Part shown: positions 52,523 through 61,469 of the stretch, piece by piece
Position numbering within the stretch: the first letter of the stretch is position 1
Layout of the letters: each line of letters begins with the position of its first letter
DNA from: an uncultured cyanobacterium
GTDB taxonomy: Bacteria; Cyanobacteriota; Cyanobacteriia; Cyanobacteriales; Nostocaceae
Length of the DNA: 64,000 bases
Direction of reading: 5' to 3'
Assembly (NCBI GenBank): GCA_963740315.1
Contig: CAVUDP010000004.1
Location: forward strand, 1 to 64,000
The notes under the pieces: generated by a model
Seen by the model: only the letters and a program-made list of their open reading frames with translations
Database searches by the model: none
Told to the model about the DNA's origin: nothing
Position numbers and translations under genes: made by a program

Positions 52523-53839
52523 ATGGAACCAGTAATAAAAGTTAGTCGAATTAATCATTATTACGGTACGGGACAACTGCGAAAACAAATTTTGTTCGAT
52601 ATCAGTACAGAAATTCAAGCTGGGGAAATTGTGATTGTTACTGGTCCTTCGGGTTCGGGAAAAACTACTTTATTAACTTTAATCGGTGCATTGCGATCGG
52701 TTCAAGAAGGTAGCTTGCGAGTTTTAGATCGAGAGTTAAATCGAGCCAGTAACAAACTATTAGAAAATGTTCGTAAAAATATTGGTTTTATATTTCAAGC
52801 CCACAACCTATTAACTTCTTTAACAGCCAGTCAAAACGTGCAAATGGCTTTAGCTTTGCACGGTGGTACTAAGCGCGAAGCCGAACGAAAAGCGCGAGCA
52901 ATATTAGAAATGGTCGGATTGGGTGAACGAGTCAATTATTATCCAAATCAAATGTCTGGAGGACAAAAACAAAGAGTTGCGATCGCACGCGCTCTTGTGA
53001 CTAATCCTAAAGTTATTCTTGCGGATGAACCCACTGCTGCATTGGATAAGAAAAGCGGACGAGATGTTGTGGAAATGTTGCAATATCTGGCGAAACAACA
53101 AGGTTGTGCAATTTTATTGGTGACTCACGATAACCGAATTCTTGATGTAGCAGATCGGATAATTCGTTTAGAAGATGGGTTTCTTACCTCGTCGGATGCA
53201 TCTCCACACAATTCCCATAGTCAGCTTGCAAGCTTGAGTGAATTGATTAACGATGTGAATTTATCCCGGCAAGATTTTTTAAGTTTGCTTGGACAAGTGA
53301 CGGTGGAGTTTCAAGGTTTTTTACAAGCAATGAACATTATTGATAATGATGATACCCAAAAATGTTTAGAAGAAATTATTGAAGCCATAACTTTAATAAT
53401 TAGCAACCTGTTAGAAGCCGAACGAAGCACCATATTTATAGTCGATGATGCTCCAGGAAAATTATGGTCAAAAGTTATTCACAGCAATAGCAAAAAATTA
53501 TTAAAAGCTGGTATAACTGCCCATTTTGGCATAGCTGCTCATGTAGCTGCAACTAGAGAATATTTGAATATTCCCATAGCTTCGCAGGATTATCGTTATA
53601 GCCCAGCTATTGACGAACAAACTAAATATCAAACTCGTAATATGTTATGTTTTCCAATTATCAATAGTCAAAACAAAGTGTTGGCAATTTCACAAGTATT
53701 AAATAAGATTGGAAAGAACGATTTCGATAAACGAGACGAGCAGCTATTAAGGGAATTAACCCAACATATTTCAGCTATTTTTGATAGCTGGTATCGTTTA
53801 CAAACATTACGTAAATCTTTGAAAAGTGGAAAATATTAA
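52523..53839 (+). CDS. devA: DevA-family ABC ATPase fused to a GAF domain
   Basis: NHYYG.G.LRKQILFDI, GPSGSGKTT, MSGGQKQR and ADEPT motifs; C-terminal GAF with NK-x5-F-x3-DE. ATG 52523 preferred over 52442. Confidence 0.87.
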   Translation: MEPVIKVSRINHYYGTGQLRKQILFDISTEIQAGEIVIVTGPSGSGKTTLLTLIGALRSVQEGSLRVLDRELNRASNKLLENVRKNIGFIFQAHNLLTSLTASQNVQMALALHGGTKREAERKARAILEMVGLGERVNYYPNQMSGGQKQRVAIARALVTNPKVILADEPTAALDKKSGRDVVEMLQYLAKQQGCAILLVTHDNRILDVADRIIRLEDGFLTSSDASPHNSHSQLASLSELINDVNLSRQDFLSLLGQVTVEFQGFLQAMNIIDNDDTQKCLEEIIEAITLIISNLLEAERSTIFIVDDAPGKLWSKVIHSNSKKLLKAGITAHFGIAAHVAATREYLNIPIASQDYRYSPAIDEQTKYQTRNMLCFPIINSQNKVLAISQVLNKIGKNDFDKRDEQLLRELTQHISAIFDSWYRLQTLRKSLKSGKY

Positions 53840-53840
53840 A

Positions 53841-55562
53841 ATGGTACTTTATTCAGATTTGACTTCAGAAAAATTTGCAACTTTAATCGAACTTCTTCGC
53901 TATCGAGCATTTTCTCAACCCGACAAAATAGCTTACACTTTTTTACAAGATGATGATGCTGTTGATTTAACTTATGCAGAATTAGATCGTCAAGCGCAAA
54001 CAGTTGCTGCCTATCTGCAAACAACTCAAAAAGCGTCCAAAGAGCGAGTTCTGCTGCTTTATCCACCAGGATTAGAATATATTGCAGCTTTCTTTGGCTG
54101 TCTCTATGCTGGCGCGATCGCAGTTCCAGCTTATCCACCTCGTCCAAATCGTTCTCTGTACAGACTTCAGTCAATTGTTGCCGATGCTGAAGCTAGTATA
54201 GTGCTTACAAATACAAAGGTTTTGTCTAATTTAGAACGTCAGTTGTCAAAATGCCCGGATTTAAAAGCGTTAAACTGGCTGGCTACTGACGGTATTGACG
54301 ATAATTTAGTCGATCGATGGCAGCAACCATTAGATACAGATTTAGCATTTCTACAATACACATCAGGTTCTACAGGTACACCAAAAGGAGTAATGGTTAG
54401 TCATGAGAATTTACTCCACAATCAAAAGATGATTCAGGCAGGTTTTGGACATACAGAGAAAACCATTTTTGTCGGTTGGTTGCCCCTATATCACGATATG
54501 GGTCTAATTGGTAACGTATTGCAACCGTTGTACTTGGGTACTCGCTGCATTCTCATGTCTCCAGTTGCTTTTCTGCAACGTCCAATCCGTTGGTTACAGG
54601 CAATTTCCGATTACAAAGGTACTACCAGCGGCGCTCCTAATTTTGCTTACGAATTGTGTATGCGGAAGCTGACAAACGAACAACTATCTAGCCTCGACTT
54701 AAGCAGTTGGGATGTGGCTTTTAATGGAGCAGAACCTGTCAAGAAAGAAACGATAGAAAAATTTGCCTCTACCTTCGCACCCTGCGGTTTCCGTAAACAA
54801 GCTTTTTATCCTTGTTACGGAATGGCAGAAACAACCCTATTTGTTTCTGGTGGGGTAAAAACAGATGTACCAGTTTACATTACAGTTATTGCTTCGGAAT
54901 TAGCTCAAAACCGAATAGTTGTAGCACCAGAAAGCGAAGCAACTACAACTTTAGTAGGTTGCGGAAACACCTATATCAATCAGCAAATTGCGATCGTAAA
55001 TCCAGAAACTACGATCGCTTGTGATGCCGATCGAGTTGGTGAAATTTGGGTTTCGGGTGCGAGTATTGCTGGAGGTTACTGGAATCGTCCCGAATTAACC
55101 GAGCAAGTGTTTCACGCCCATCTGGCTGACTCCAAAAATTCCTTTCTCCGCACCGGAGATTTAGGATTCATACATAACGGTGAATTATTTATTACTGGTC
55201 GTTTGAAGGATTTGATTATAATTCACGGTCGCAATCATTATCCTCAAGACATTGAAATGACTGTTGCTAATAGTCACGAGGCATTAATACCCGGAGCGGG
55301 AGCAGCTTTTACAGTTGATATCAAAGGAGAAGAAAAATTAGCGATCGTTCAAGAACTCGATCGCCATTACAGATTAGATAACGATGCTGTTACCGAAGCA
55401 ATTAGGACTGCGATCGCACAGCAACATGAACTACAAGTCCATGCGATCGCACTAATTAAAATGGGCAGTATTTGTAAAACTTCCAGTGGCAAAATCCAGC
55501 GTCACGCTTGCCAAAATGCTTTTATTGACGGAACCCTAAAATTGTGGGGTAAAAATAAATAA
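53841..55562 (+). CDS. Fatty acyl-AMP ligase (FAAL)
   Basis: AVPAYPP, FLQYTSGSTGTPKG, WLPLYHDMGLIG, YPCYGMAE, LRTGDLG, GRNHYPQDIE and KTSSGKIQR motifs. Confidence 0.92.
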   Translation: MVLYSDLTSEKFATLIELLRYRAFSQPDKIAYTFLQDDDAVDLTYAELDRQAQTVAAYLQTTQKASKERVLLLYPPGLEYIAAFFGCLYAGAIAVPAYPPRPNRSLYRLQSIVADAEASIVLTNTKVLSNLERQLSKCPDLKALNWLATDGIDDNLVDRWQQPLDTDLAFLQYTSGSTGTPKGVMVSHENLLHNQKMIQAGFGHTEKTIFVGWLPLYHDMGLIGNVLQPLYLGTRCILMSPVAFLQRPIRWLQAISDYKGTTSGAPNFAYELCMRKLTNEQLSSLDLSSWDVAFNGAEPVKKETIEKFASTFAPCGFRKQAFYPCYGMAETTLFVSGGVKTDVPVYITVIASELAQNRIVVAPESEATTTLVGCGNTYINQQIAIVNPETTIACDADRVGEIWVSGASIAGGYWNRPELTEQVFHAHLADSKNSFLRTGDLGFIHNGELFITGRLKDLIIIHGRNHYPQDIEMTVANSHEALIPGAGAAFTVDIKGEEKLAIVQELDRHYRLDNDAVTEAIRTAIAQQHELQVHAIALIKMGSICKTSSGKIQRHACQNAFIDGTLKLWGKNK

Positions 55563-55626
55563 GTTTAAGTCTATTTACTTAAATAAACTAAAACAAAATA
55601 CAAATTAAATACATTAATACTGGAAA

Positions 55627-55872
55627 ATGAAAAACAAAAATTTGCAATCAATTCAAGCTTGGTTTATTGATTATTTTGCCGATCTATTAGAACTAGAACA
55701 ACAACAGATAGACATTCATAAATCCTTTGATAGCTATGGATTAGATTCAGTTAGTACTATTACTATTGTAGGGGATTTAGAAGATTGGTTGGGATATAGC
55801 GTTCCTGCTGAAATAGTTTACGAATATTCAAACATTGAAGCCTTGAGTCAGTATTTGGCTACAGAAAATTAG
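55627..55872 (+). CDS. Acyl carrier protein
   Basis: 81 aa, acidic, YGLDSV phosphopantetheine site, directly after the FAAL. Confidence 0.9.
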   Translation: MKNKNLQSIQAWFIDYFADLLELEQQQIDIHKSFDSYGLDSVSTITIVGDLEDWLGYSVPAEIVYEYSNIEALSQYLATEN

Positions 55873-55888
55873 GTTAAAAAACCTCTTC

Positions 55889-55955
55889 GTAGGTTGGGTT
55901 AAGCGGAGCGCAACCCAACACGGGTGTTGGGCTTCACGACCTTCAGCCCAACCTA
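55889..55955. repeat. REP doublet GTAGGTTGGGTT...CCCAACA / TGTTGGG...CCCAACCTAC
   Basis: Two inverted GTAG-tailed hairpins just after the ACP stop. Confidence 0.8.
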
Positions 55956-55998
55956 CGTAACAAATATTTTACCCCTCATAATTTCTGTGGCGGAGTAT

Positions 55999-56094
55999 TA
56001 GTGGTCTGTCCCATTGAATATGATGGGTGTATGCTAAAAACAGAAAGTTTTTTTCTCCCCCCTCACCCGGCATTTTTTATGAGACAGACCAGTA
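55999..56094. mobile_element. Short MITE-like element flanked by TA
   Basis: TA-GTGGTCTGTCCCAT ... ATGAGACAGACCAG-TA: imperfect terminal inverted repeats, about 92 bp. Confidence 0.55.
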
Positions 56095-56261
56095 TATTAG
56101 ATACTTCTCGGTGCAGTGCAGGTAGCCGTACCCATGACTATTTATAATATATATATACGCGACAGTTAATTTTCCTCCGTTTTTCTTATCCCGGCTTTCT
56201 GTTATTAGTTTGCGGTAAGTAAAGTTGCAAAGAAAAAAAACGATATATAATCTAAAATGGC

Positions 56262-56978
56262 ATGGATCTTAAAACATTAGAATCTAAACTAAACACCAGT
56301 GTTGACCGTATAGGAATATGGTGGTTAATTGGGGCTGCTGTAGCCACGATCGCATTGTGGCAAATACCATACGGCGATTATATTTTATACCCGTTTTCTA
56401 TCCTGGCTACTTGGTTCCACGAAATGGGTCACGGGTTAGCAGCCATACTGTTAGGAGGGGACTTTCGGCAACTGCAAATTTTTGCGAATGGTTCTGGTTT
56501 TGCAGAATATAGCAGTAGATTCAACCCAATTGTTCGAGCCTTAGTAGCCGCTGCCGGACCGATGGGACCGCCGATCGCAGGTGCTATATTAATTTTGGCA
56601 TCGCGCAGCTTTAAAACAGCCAGCTTAAGTTTAAAAATATTAGGTGGATTTTTACTATTTTCAGTATTAATATGGGTGCGATCGCTCTTTGGAATAGTAG
56701 CAATTATTCTCTTAGGTTTGCTCGTACTTGGTATCGGCTTCAAAGCAAATCGTTGGTTTCAAGGATTTAGCATTCAATTTCTCGGAGTTCAAGCCTGTAT
56801 AAGTACTTACCATCAAGTTGATTATTTATTCACTCGTACCGCAGGACCTTTAGGACTTTCCGATACAGGACAAATACAGCAACAACTAATTTTACCTTAC
56901 TGGTTTTGGGGTGGATTAATGGCAGTTGCCTCCCTCGTCATTCTCGTACAAAGTTTACGAATTGCCTATAAACAGTGA
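56262..56978 (+). CDS. M50-family membrane metallopeptidase (M50B-like)
   Basis: TWFHEMGH (HExxH), AAGP and SD motifs; multi-TM. Confidence 0.85.
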   Translation: MDLKTLESKLNTSVDRIGIWWLIGAAVATIALWQIPYGDYILYPFSILATWFHEMGHGLAAILLGGDFRQLQIFANGSGFAEYSSRFNPIVRALVAAAGPMGPPIAGAILILASRSFKTASLSLKILGGFLLFSVLIWVRSLFGIVAIILLGLLVLGIGFKANRWFQGFSIQFLGVQACISTYHQVDYLFTRTAGPLGLSDTGQIQQQLILPYWFWGGLMAVASLVILVQSLRIAYKQ

Positions 56979-57195
56979 GCAGTGAACAGTGAACAGTTAG
57001 CAGTGAACAATATTGATTTTATTGGTACCAGTAAATAGTCGGCTATTGGAAATCAACTGTTAGATAAATAGTTTTGAGTTTCAATTTCATAACTCATAAT
57101 TTCTTCTTTCTTTTTCCATGTTTATTTTTACCGAACACTGGTAACTGGTAACTGTTCACTGTTCACTGATAACTGATTCACTGGTAACTGGTCAC

Positions 57196-57521
57196 TGTAC
57201 AAACATAATAAAGTTGGAAACTAAAAACTCTCGAAAACCTTGATTCTTCGTTCAACGCTAAATAAACTTTTGTAATAAAGTTGGAAACTGATGTACCTGC
57301 TTCCGTTCTTTATCTATCGCATATGATAATAAAGTTGGAAACTACCATAAAAGTATACAATTTCAAATTAGTTACTTTGTTTAAAAATAAGTAACATTAC
57401 TTAATTCACCTTCCCGGTTCTTGCGTACAAAATAATTACAGAGCAAAACATTTTAGTTTATAAGTTTATTATTTGCTTTCCAACTTTATTGTTCAGTTTC
57501 CAACTTTATTATATTTATACA
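57196..57521. mobile_element. Non-autonomous miniature Tn7-like element (326 bp)
   Basis: TGTACAAA...TTTATACA ends. Three spaced copies of TAATAAAGTTGGAAACT on the left; three inverted copies at 20-bp period on the right. GTCAC is duplicated at 57191-57195 and 57522-57526. Confidence 0.85.
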
Positions 57522-57551
57522 GTCACTGGTAACTGTTCACTGGTAACTGAT

Positions 57552-58115
57552 TCACCCAAACGGTTGTCCCCAAAGCTTCCAATTTTCTTTATTAAAAGGG
57601 GACTTCCATTTTTGAATCAGCGCAAGTTCTAATTTTTGGCGGGGTTGCGTTGAATGGGGTGCATCCCACCAAAAAGCAATGTTAACTGCTGTTTTTAATC
57701 CATATTGATAGTGCAAATCCTGATACTTTTCAATGTATCGCTTGCAATCATGTATTCCTTTCCACCTATGATTAGATTTACAGGTTTCACCAACATACAA
57801 AAGTAAATCGGAAGCCATATCTATAACAAAGTAAAGACAAGCTTGACCGGGGCTGTCTGCTGGTAATCTGTAAAATGACAGCGAACAAGGTCTTAATTCA
57901 AACGGATCTATTATATCTGGGTCAACCTGTGCTGAAGATACTTCAAATAAAGCAACTTGTAGCACTGGTTCGCTTGTTCTCACTTGTTGTTGATGGGCGG
58001 ATATTTGCTTTTTCCACTTTTTTAAAGCTTTCACATCCATCAACAACACGGGAGTTCTGCTAATTGCAGAATCTATTTCCGACGGTGAGAACAAATCAAG
58101 CTGATTCGTTTTCAC
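57552..58115 (-). CDS. GIY-YIG nuclease family protein
   Basis: CLYFVID...LLYVGET, RW..H and LE..LI..W..PFNK motifs. Confidence 0.78.
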   Translation of the reverse strand: MKTNQLDLFSPSEIDSAISRTPVLLMDVKALKKWKKQISAHQQQVRTSEPVLQVALFEVSSAQVDPDIIDPFELRPCSLSFYRLPADSPGQACLYFVIDMASDLLLYVGETCKSNHRWKGIHDCKRYIEKYQDLHYQYGLKTAVNIAFWWDAPHSTQPRQKLELALIQKWKSPFNKENWKLWGQPFG

Positions 58116-58226
58116 GCTTCATTTCCACAGAACGCAACTTGCGAATCCTATCACGTTCCTTGTGATTAAAGTGACATAAAATAAGTTTTAATTTTTACTT
58201 TGTCAGAGAATATTGATTTAAGGTTT

Positions 58227-58903
58227 GTAGTAGGGACTTTAGTCCTCAGAGCGCTGAAGCGCTTACTACGAACTTAAAATAATTGGTTAGTAGTAGGGAC
58301 TTGAGTCCTCAGAGTGCTGAAGCACTTACTACGAACTTAAAATAATTGGTTAGTAGTAGGGACTTGAGTCCTCAGAGTGCTGAAGCACTTACTACGAACT
58401 TAAAATAATTGGTTAGTAGTAGGGACTTTAGTCCTCAGAGCGCTGAAGCGCTTACTACGAACTTAAAATAATTGGTTAGTAGTAGGGACTTCAGTCCTCA
58501 GAGTGCTGAAGCACTTACTACGAACTTAAAATAATTGGTTAGTAGTAGGGACTTGAGTCCTCAGAGTGCTGAAGCACTTACTACGAACTTAAAATAATTG
58601 GTTAGTAGTAGGGACTTCAGTCCTCAGAGTGCTGAAGCGCTTACTACGAACTTAAAATAATTGGTTAGTAGTAGGGACTTCAGTCCTCAGAGTGCTGAAG
58701 CACTTACTACGAACTTGAAATAATTGGTTAGTAGTAGGGACTTTAGTCCTCAGAGCGCTGAAGCGCTTACTACGAACTTAAAATAATTGGTTAGTAGTAG
58801 GGACTTCAGTCCTCAGAGTGCTGAAGCACTTACTACGAACTTGAAATAATTGGTTTGTAGTAGGGACTTTAGTCCTCAGAGCGCTGAAGCGCTTACTACG
58901 AAC
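58227..58903. repeat. Tandem array of 11 x 63-bp REP doublets (BIME/REPIN-like)
   Basis: Unit GTAGTAGGGACTTBAGTCCTCAGAGYGCTGAAGCRCTTACTACGAACTTRAAATAATTGGTTA starts at 58227+63n (n=0-10); the last copy is partial. Confidence 0.95.
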
Positions 58904-59500
58904 TTAAAAATTATCCCAAGCAACACCAAAATCTTTTAGTGGATAATTAACCCAACAATCACGTAACCACTGTCTTCCATAATTTTCTAAATACCAACCT
59001 ACGCTACATTCAGACCATTCATAAGGAGATTCAACCCAATCATGTTTGACTGCATTGTAATGAATATAATTTAAAGTTGTATAATAATGTCTTTCAGAAC
59101 GAATTGCTCGGTCTGAATAAGAGTACCAAACTTTGCGATTACTAACTTTATCTTCTCGATTCCACTGATAAGATGTAGAGCCATGAACTAAACGAAATAT
59201 ATTACTTAATAAATTAAAATCGGTTACATAAACCAAAAGGTGATAATGATTTGGTAAAATTGACCAAGCGCTTATTTCCAAACCATTTACTATAAATTGT
59301 TCAAATATTTTATCTAGCAATTGCTGGCGACGAGATTGTAATTTCATGTGAGGATGATGCTCGTAGCAAGCTGCTGTTAATAAATAGAAATTCTCATCTC
59401 GTATTAAATGAGGTGGAGAATGAGGAGGAAAACCTAAAAACAAGCGTTGCTGTACTAACTCTTTTCGTTGCTCTAGTGTCAAATGCCGATATTCATACAT
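58904..59500 (-). CDS. REP-associated tyrosine transposase (RAYT, HUH/Y1 family)
   Basis: YLLTAAC, ILPNHYH (HUH), W..SYSDRAIRSE, YIHYNAVKH (catalytic Tyr) and PYEW..SV motifs; flanked by REPs. Confidence 0.88.
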   Translation of the reverse strand: MYEYRHLTLEQRKELVQQRLFLGFPPHSPPHLIRDENFYLLTAACYEHHPHMKLQSRRQQLLDKIFEQFIVNGLEISAWSILPNHYHLLVYVTDFNLLSNIFRLVHGSTSYQWNREDKVSNRKVWYSYSDRAIRSERHYYTTLNYIHYNAVKHDWVESPYEWSECSVGWYLENYGRQWLRDCWVNYPLKDFGVAWDNF

Positions 59501-59657
59501 AGTATTGTTTTTTCTTAGTAAGGAATGCGCGTCCTTATCTCTATTACTAAAAAGTCAACACTAATCTAATCGGAACGTACAAATATTGTCAGCAGCTTGA
59601 CAAAAACTTTAGAATTTTTACTTGTTTAATTGATTTTGTTTTTACAACTATTAAAAT

Positions 59658-59683
59658 GTAGGGCTAAAGCCGTGACTACGAAC
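59658..59683. repeat. Single REP of the RAYT-associated family
   Basis: GGGCTAAAGCCGTGACTACGAAC shares the hairpin and ACTACGAAC tail with the array. Confidence 0.7.
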
Positions 59684-59692
59684 CTATATAAA

Positions 59693-60448
59693 TCAGCGAA
59701 TATCCTGATAAAACTTTTTGAGATAGTTCGTATCAACACCTATTCCCCAGAGAAACCCGATGTATAAATAGATTGCATTCGCTTTCCAAGCACCCCAATG
59801 GGCAACGCGACGATCTGAAGAAAGCACTACACGGTTAACTAAACGTATACTTCCCTTGCGGACAATTTTTGTGCATAAATCTCCATCTTCCATAATTGGT
59901 AACGTTTCGTCAAAACCGCCACAATCCCAAAAGTCATCGCGACGACAAAATATTACCTGATCGCCAAATAACAAGCGCAAACCTTTGAAAAATAAATGAG
60001 GTTTAAATAGTAACGGCGCATAATAAGTTTTAAGATAATTGTGCAGCGAAGTACCCCAGCGAGTAGTTTGAGAACCAGTCATCAAAGAAATAAACCCGCC
60101 GCAAGCAACCGTTACATCTGTTAAAGTTTTCTCGATTAAAGTAATTAGATCGTCGGGTACCTGAGTATCTGCATGGAGAAAGCATAAAATATCTCCAGTT
60201 GCTGATTTTGCACCGTAGTTCATTTGTACCGAACGCCCGCGACGCTGAGTTTCGAGAATTTTCAATTTAATTGTGGGAGCAAATGACGATAAAGCACCTA
60301 AAGCGATCGCCAGTGTTTTATCTTCGCTACCACCATCAACTACTATAATTTCGTGGGGTGGTGGTGAGAGTAAAGCGAGATGACGCAATGTTCTCCCTAA
60401 ACTGGTTTCTTCATTAAAAGCAGGAATTATTATCGAAACTGAGGACAT
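59693..60448 (-). CDS. Glycosyltransferase family 2 (TIGR04283-like)
   Basis: SIIIPAFNE, VDGGSED, GRSVQMNYGA, FLHADT, FGDQ, IMED and SDRR motifs. Confidence 0.85.
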   Translation of the reverse strand: MSSVSIIIPAFNEETSLGRTLRHLALLSPPPHEIIVVDGGSEDKTLAIALGALSSFAPTIKLKILETQRRGRSVQMNYGAKSATGDILCFLHADTQVPDDLITLIEKTLTDVTVACGGFISLMTGSQTTRWGTSLHNYLKTYYAPLLFKPHLFFKGLRLLFGDQVIFCRRDDFWDCGGFDETLPIMEDGDLCTKIVRKGSIRLVNRVVLSSDRRVAHWGAWKANAIYLYIGFLWGIGVDTNYLKKFYQDIR

Positions 60449-60503
60449 TGTTAAATCAATTATCAGTTGTTCACCCGGTAGTCAGTTATAGGATTCTTAT
60501 TTC

Positions 60504-60944
60504 CTATACCCTTATATCAGCATGATACTTAGATTTGAGCAGTTGTCCCCAAATAAAATTGTAGGGATGGACGGTTTCGACTTGATGTTTATCTCTAAAA
60601 ATTGGTTTTTCCTCGTTAGCCCATTGAAAAATACCACCACTCAAATTAAATACGTTGCTATATCCTGCAAGCTGTAGCTGTTGAGCAACCTTGGCGCTAC
60701 GGTAGCCTATCGAACAGTAAACCACGATGGGCTTATCTAAGGATTCTGAAATTACTATACCTGAGTCGGGTTGAATCCATTGTGCCGATTTAATATGACT
60801 GAGTGCGTATTCTTCTTGCGATCGCGCATCTATAATTAATGGGATTACTGAAGCCTCATCTAGCCATCGAGCAAATTCGGAAATCTCGATCGATTTTACA
60901 TTCGGAAATTTAAGCTGTAGAAGTAATTCGAGCAAATAAAACAT
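60504..60944 (-). CDS. Rhodanese-like domain protein
   Basis: IDARSQEEY..SHI, VVYCSIGYRS and NLSGGIFQW motifs. Confidence 0.88.
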   Translation of the reverse strand: MFYLLELLLQLKFPNVKSIEISEFARWLDEASVIPLIIDARSQEEYALSHIKSAQWIQPDSGIVISESLDKPIVVYCSIGYRSAKVAQQLQLAGYSNVFNLSGGIFQWANEEKPIFRDKHQVETVHPYNFIWGQLLKSKYHADIRV

Positions 60945-61469
60945 TAACTACCTCCAACAAATAAAAAATTCTCTTTATTCTTTGATTGTAAGATTTCCTT
61001 TCTATCTTTATGTGTCACTGATAAGAGCTAAGTAGAAAAATAACTGTTAAAACCGCACCTACATATTAATCTGTATTATTCACTACACGTAAGCAAAATA
61101 ATTAACTTTATTAACAGTGCCTTAAAAATATTTTAAGTATTTTCACCTTTACTTCAACAAAATAGATGTTTTATTTACACTTCCTTTATTTATACAAACT
61201 AAACAAAAGGCATAATAATATTTACTTAGCCATTGTATTTTTACACAGGTACATCTACCTAAAGCACGAAGTTGAGAAAGTAATATCTCATACATTATCT
61301 GTGTTGCTCCGAAATAATATCAAGCTTTTTTGGTTTAACTTTGCTCTGACTCGGTGATTTTTTTCTCTTAAAATTCACATTTTGCACGCTTATTAGAAAT
61401 TCGATTTCTTTGGGCTTGCTTATGGTGCAATTCAACTCATTATTTTTCTAGTTTTAAGGAACTATACAT

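Noticed and set aside
57204..57343. Mini-CRISPR (three direct repeats with unique spacers)
   Set aside because: Repeats are only 17-19 bp with uneven spacing and recur inverted at 57455-57513, inside TGT/ACA ends with a 5-bp duplication. This fits transposase binding sites better.
58227..58903. CRISPR array
   Set aside because: The sequence between the palindromes is essentially constant (no unique spacers), no cas genes are present, and the neighbour is a RAYT; these are REP doublets.
58904..59500. IS200/IS605 element with TnpB
   Set aside because: No tnpB is present, and the motifs and REP flanks fit a RAYT.
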